Positions 61,552-64,000 of a stretch of 64,000 bases of DNA are shown here, in pieces. A program made the translations under genes and the position numbers. The stretch covers positions 3,329 through 67,328 of the forward strand of contig JASGFJ010000027.1 of NCBI GenBank assembly GCA_047605645.1, in the 5' to 3' direction. Source of the DNA: Dysgonamonadaceae bacterium. GTDB taxonomy: Bacteria > Bacteroidota > Bacteroidia > Bacteroidales > Dysgonomonadaceae. Position 1 is the first letter of the stretch, and the number at the start of each line of letters is the position of its first letter. The notes under the pieces are model-generated. The model searched no databases, was not told where the DNA came from, and saw only the letters and a program-made list of their open reading frames with translations.

Positions 61552-62667
61552 ATGGAAAAAAGTAAATTGTTTTCAGAAATTACCATTGGAAATTTACAAC
61601 TTAAGAATCGAATTGTAGTTCCTCCCATGTGCCAGTATTCGGCTGACAACGGACTGGCATCCGACTGGCACCTTGTGCATTATTCGGGTCTAGCCTTCTC
61701 CAATCCGGGATTACTCATCTTTGAAGCAGCAGCTATCAGTCCGGAAGGGCGCATTTCGTATGCCGATTTAGGCTTATGGGATGAAGATACAGCCAATGCA
61801 CTAAAACGGATTACCCGGTTTATCAAGCAACATTGCAACACGCCGTTGGCTGTTCAGATATCACATGCCGGCAGGAAAGCATCCACTGAAGTTCCCTGGA
61901 AAGGGCTTCAATCTTTGCCCATCGGGCATCCCGGCGGCTGGCAGACTTATGCCCCTTCGGCAATTGCTCAATCAACAGGCGGAACCGTCCCGTTAGCCCT
62001 TAGCGAAGACGAAATCACAAGCATTATCGGGCAATTTGCCACTTCTGCGAAATTTGCAGAGAAAGCCGGATTTGATGCAATAGAACTTCATGCAGCCCAC
62101 GGATATCTGATTCATCAGTTTCTCTCTCCGGTCACCAATCACCGCCACGATACATTTGGAGGATGTCTGGAGAACAGGATGCGTTTCGGACTGGAAGTCG
62201 TTAAAGCTGTAAAAAAAGCTGTTTCGAAAACGACTCCGGTCGGTGTTCGCATTTCAGCAGTCGACTGGGTTGAGAATGGTTGGAATATAGAAGAGAGCAT
62301 CTGCTTTGCAAAAGAGCTCGAAGCCCTCGGTATTGCATACATTCATGTTTCAAGCGGAGGTATCGACAACGGGTTGCAGCAACTTCCTCCTTTGACTACC
62401 GGTTATCAACTACCATTGGCGGAAGCTATCCGGAAAGCAGTTAGCATTCCCGTCATTGGAGTGGGATTGATTACAAATCCGCTCGATGCCGAAAGTGCAT
62501 TGCAGGCAGAAAAAGCCGACCTGATTGCAGTTGGCCGCGGTTATTTATTCAATCCTCATTGGAGCTGGCTGGCAGCAGGGATACTAAATAGCCAGGCAGA
62601 CGCACCCTCCCCGTATATGCGTTCTGCTCCCCGTGAATTTAAAGATATATTTCAGAATAATAAATAA
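61552..62667 (+). CDS. NADH:flavin oxidoreductase (old yellow enzyme, YqjM/NamA-like)
   Basis: LKNRIVVPPMCQYSA, QISHAGRKAS, ELHAAHGYLIHQFLSP, ENRMRF, DLIAVGRGYL. The start is set to ATG 61552, downstream of the hairpin. Confidence 0.93.
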   Translation: MEKSKLFSEITIGNLQLKNRIVVPPMCQYSADNGLASDWHLVHYSGLAFSNPGLLIFEAAAISPEGRISYADLGLWDEDTANALKRITRFIKQHCNTPLAVQISHAGRKASTEVPWKGLQSLPIGHPGGWQTYAPSAIAQSTGGTVPLALSEDEITSIIGQFATSAKFAEKAGFDAIELHAAHGYLIHQFLSPVTNHRHDTFGGCLENRMRFGLEVVKAVKKAVSKTTPVGVRISAVDWVENGWNIEESICFAKELEALGIAYIHVSSGGIDNGLQQLPPLTTGYQLPLAEAIRKAVSIPVIGVGLITNPLDAESALQAEKADLIAVGRGYLFNPHWSWLAAGILNSQADAPSPYMRSAPREFKDIFQNNK

Positions 62668-62687
62668 TTAAGGAGTAAACCTCTGTT

Positions 62688-62710
62688 GGGCGTAGGCTCC
62701 GCCTACGTCC
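62688..62710. repeat. Small REP-like or terminator hairpin
   Basis: GGGCGTAGGC-TCC-GCCTACGTCC between convergent genes. Confidence 0.5.
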
Positions 62711-62886
62711 TGACTAAGCCCAAACTACATTTGTGAATACAAATGAAGTATAAAAAGACAAGCGACAAAAAAAGCAATATTCGCGAAACTATCAACAGAT
62801 AAAATGCCTTTCTGCTTAGAATATATCGATTTAGAAGGCGGAGGAGGCAGAGGGGAATTGGTCAGAAGTTCTCAAAGCAAGACTGC

Positions 62887-63447
62887 TCAGATATTTTCAG
62901 GATATACTATCTTGAAATTTTGGAGAGGAAATGTTCCCTTTTCAAATATACAGATTTGGATTAAAGGTTGCATATCCAGCCGTTGATTATAATTTTTCCA
63001 TTTATTATTTTTCTTATATTTTATTGTCAAAGAATATTCATCATCATATCGCCTCGTTTCTAGACTTGATGCTCGAATTGCCTTATAGTTAAATTCTTTT
63101 ACCACCTTTCTTAATAAGGCAATAACATCCGAAACAACTATTTCATCTCCATATTTGCCACTTTCTTTCATCTCTTTGCATATTGCTGTAAAATCATTCA
63201 GATGTTCAGTGTTTCCCTGTAAATCAAAACAGTACGCCATATCAAAATCATATCGAGCCTCGCATATTATGTAATTTTGCGCATATCCTTTTCCACCCCA
63301 CCAATGAGCATTCCCAATAAATGTATCCCAGAAGTAATAACCGGGACCTAGCCATGCATCAAGATCTGGACACCGAAATGGGCCATCCCGTTCTACCTCA
63401 TCGTAGTTTCCTTTATTTTGAAGAGTTTGATACAATATCCTAGCCAC
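62887..63447 (-). CDS. Putative ADP-ribosyltransferase-fold toxin (CmdT-like)
   Basis: N-terminal YQTL...WLGPGYYFWD...AHWWG and C-terminal LIQICIF resemble the HGT/WLGxGxYFW/QIC pattern of CmdT-like ARTs; adjacent to a SecB-like gene. Confidence 0.6.
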   Translation of the reverse strand: MARILYQTLQNKGNYDEVERDGPFRCPDLDAWLGPGYYFWDTFIGNAHWWGGKGYAQNYIICEARYDFDMAYCFDLQGNTEHLNDFTAICKEMKESGKYGDEIVVSDVIALLRKVVKEFNYKAIRASSLETRRYDDEYSLTIKYKKNNKWKNYNQRLDMQPLIQICIFEKGTFPLQNFKIVYPENI

Positions 63448-63454
63448 TGCCTAA

Positions 63455-63874
63455 TTAATTATTTGAAATGGTAGTATTCTGTTTTAAAGGCTCTGCTAAT
63501 GATACCAGGTTCCATGTAGGTAGCATAATCGGCGGAAGAATATTAGCTTGTAAAGTTATAGTGCTTACAAATGCACGTACAAATGGGAATAGAATTGCGA
63601 TACTATTAGTATAAAAATAATCTGGAACCTCTTCAAAACGTATATTGCTCTCAAATTTAAATAAAGCAACACATCGAATTCTTATAAATGGTTTTTCTGG
63701 GTTCTTATCAAATGCAATAAATGTAAAAGTCAGCTCAAATGTACTGGATTCACTTTTTCTAAAAATACCAGCGGGTTTAAAGTCTATTTTGATTTCTTTT
63801 GAAGACTGATTTTCTAAATCTACAAAAATCTTATCAAATTTATATTCCTTCAATGAAAATGTTGCTTTGTCCAT
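63455..63874 (-). CDS. SecB-like chaperone
   Basis: 139 aa, FSLKEYKFDKI start, CVALFKF, NSIAILFPFVRAFVSTITLQANILPPIMLPTWNL (SecB C-terminal helix pattern). Confidence 0.88.
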   Translation of the reverse strand: MDKATFSLKEYKFDKIFVDLENQSSKEIKIDFKPAGIFRKSESSTFELTFTFIAFDKNPEKPFIRIRCVALFKFESNIRFEEVPDYFYTNSIAILFPFVRAFVSTITLQANILPPIMLPTWNLVSLAEPLKQNTTISNN

Positions 63875-63927
63875 AGTAATAGATAAATTACATCGTTTTT
63901 AATCTGAAACAAACTGAATATGAGAAC

Positions 63928-63935
63928 CAAATATA
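63928..63935 (-). promoter_or_regulatory. Bacteroidetes -7 promoter element driving the SecB-like/ART pair
   Basis: Minus strand TATATTTG, 53 nt upstream of the ATG. Confidence 0.6.
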
Positions 63936-63936
63936 T

Positions 63937-63964
63937 AAAAAAATCCGAAGAAATCTTCGGATTT
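63937..63964 (-). terminator. Terminator of an upstream gene outside the window
   Basis: Minus strand AAATCCGAAG-ATTT-CTTCGGATTT followed by a T-run. Confidence 0.8.
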
Positions 63965-64000
63965 ATGAGTTTTATTTGAGAGGTTTAATTTCCACGGATC

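Overview
Bacteroidales-type chromosomal window (Bacteroidetes TAnnTTTG promoters, SusC/SusD, T9SS cargo). The backbone is housekeeping and transport: a TonB-dependent receptor running off the left edge (missed by the ORF track), serine dehydratase, znuAC-like genes, beta carbonic anhydrase, metNIQ, membrane pyrophosphatase, APC permease, ettA, tRNA-fMet, rpmE2, cysE, thyA, truA, a DUF853 ATPase, a Cof-thioesterase fusion and an old yellow enzyme. There are three accessory blocks. (1) 27.7-46.7 kb: a large Fn3/SprB-repeat T9SS-cargo locus whose last gene is broken by a deletion, followed by gene debris (barrel, toxin-tip-like and immunity-like fragments) and a double-glycine Cys-rich peptide paired with a TlpA oxidoreductase. 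(2) 47.7-57.8 kb: an N-glycan-type GH18 PUL with an anti-sigma factor but no recognisable sigma factor. (3) 62.9-63.9 kb: a SecB-like chaperone plus a CmdT-like ADP-ribosyltransferase with no visible antitoxin. The most unexpected signal is a dispersed ~82-107 bp intergenic element found nine times on both strands. It consists of a mini-ORF start (MK-x-x-L-I-F-I-x-S), a conserved hairpin (GCCTGATTTTT...AAAAATCAGGC) and a terminal translation-initiation motif (CTAACAGTAAAAATTAAATCGT-ATG). It fuses directly to downstream start codons, chains in tandem and brackets metQ in inverted orientation. Family assignments are from motif recognition by eye; no database searches were run.
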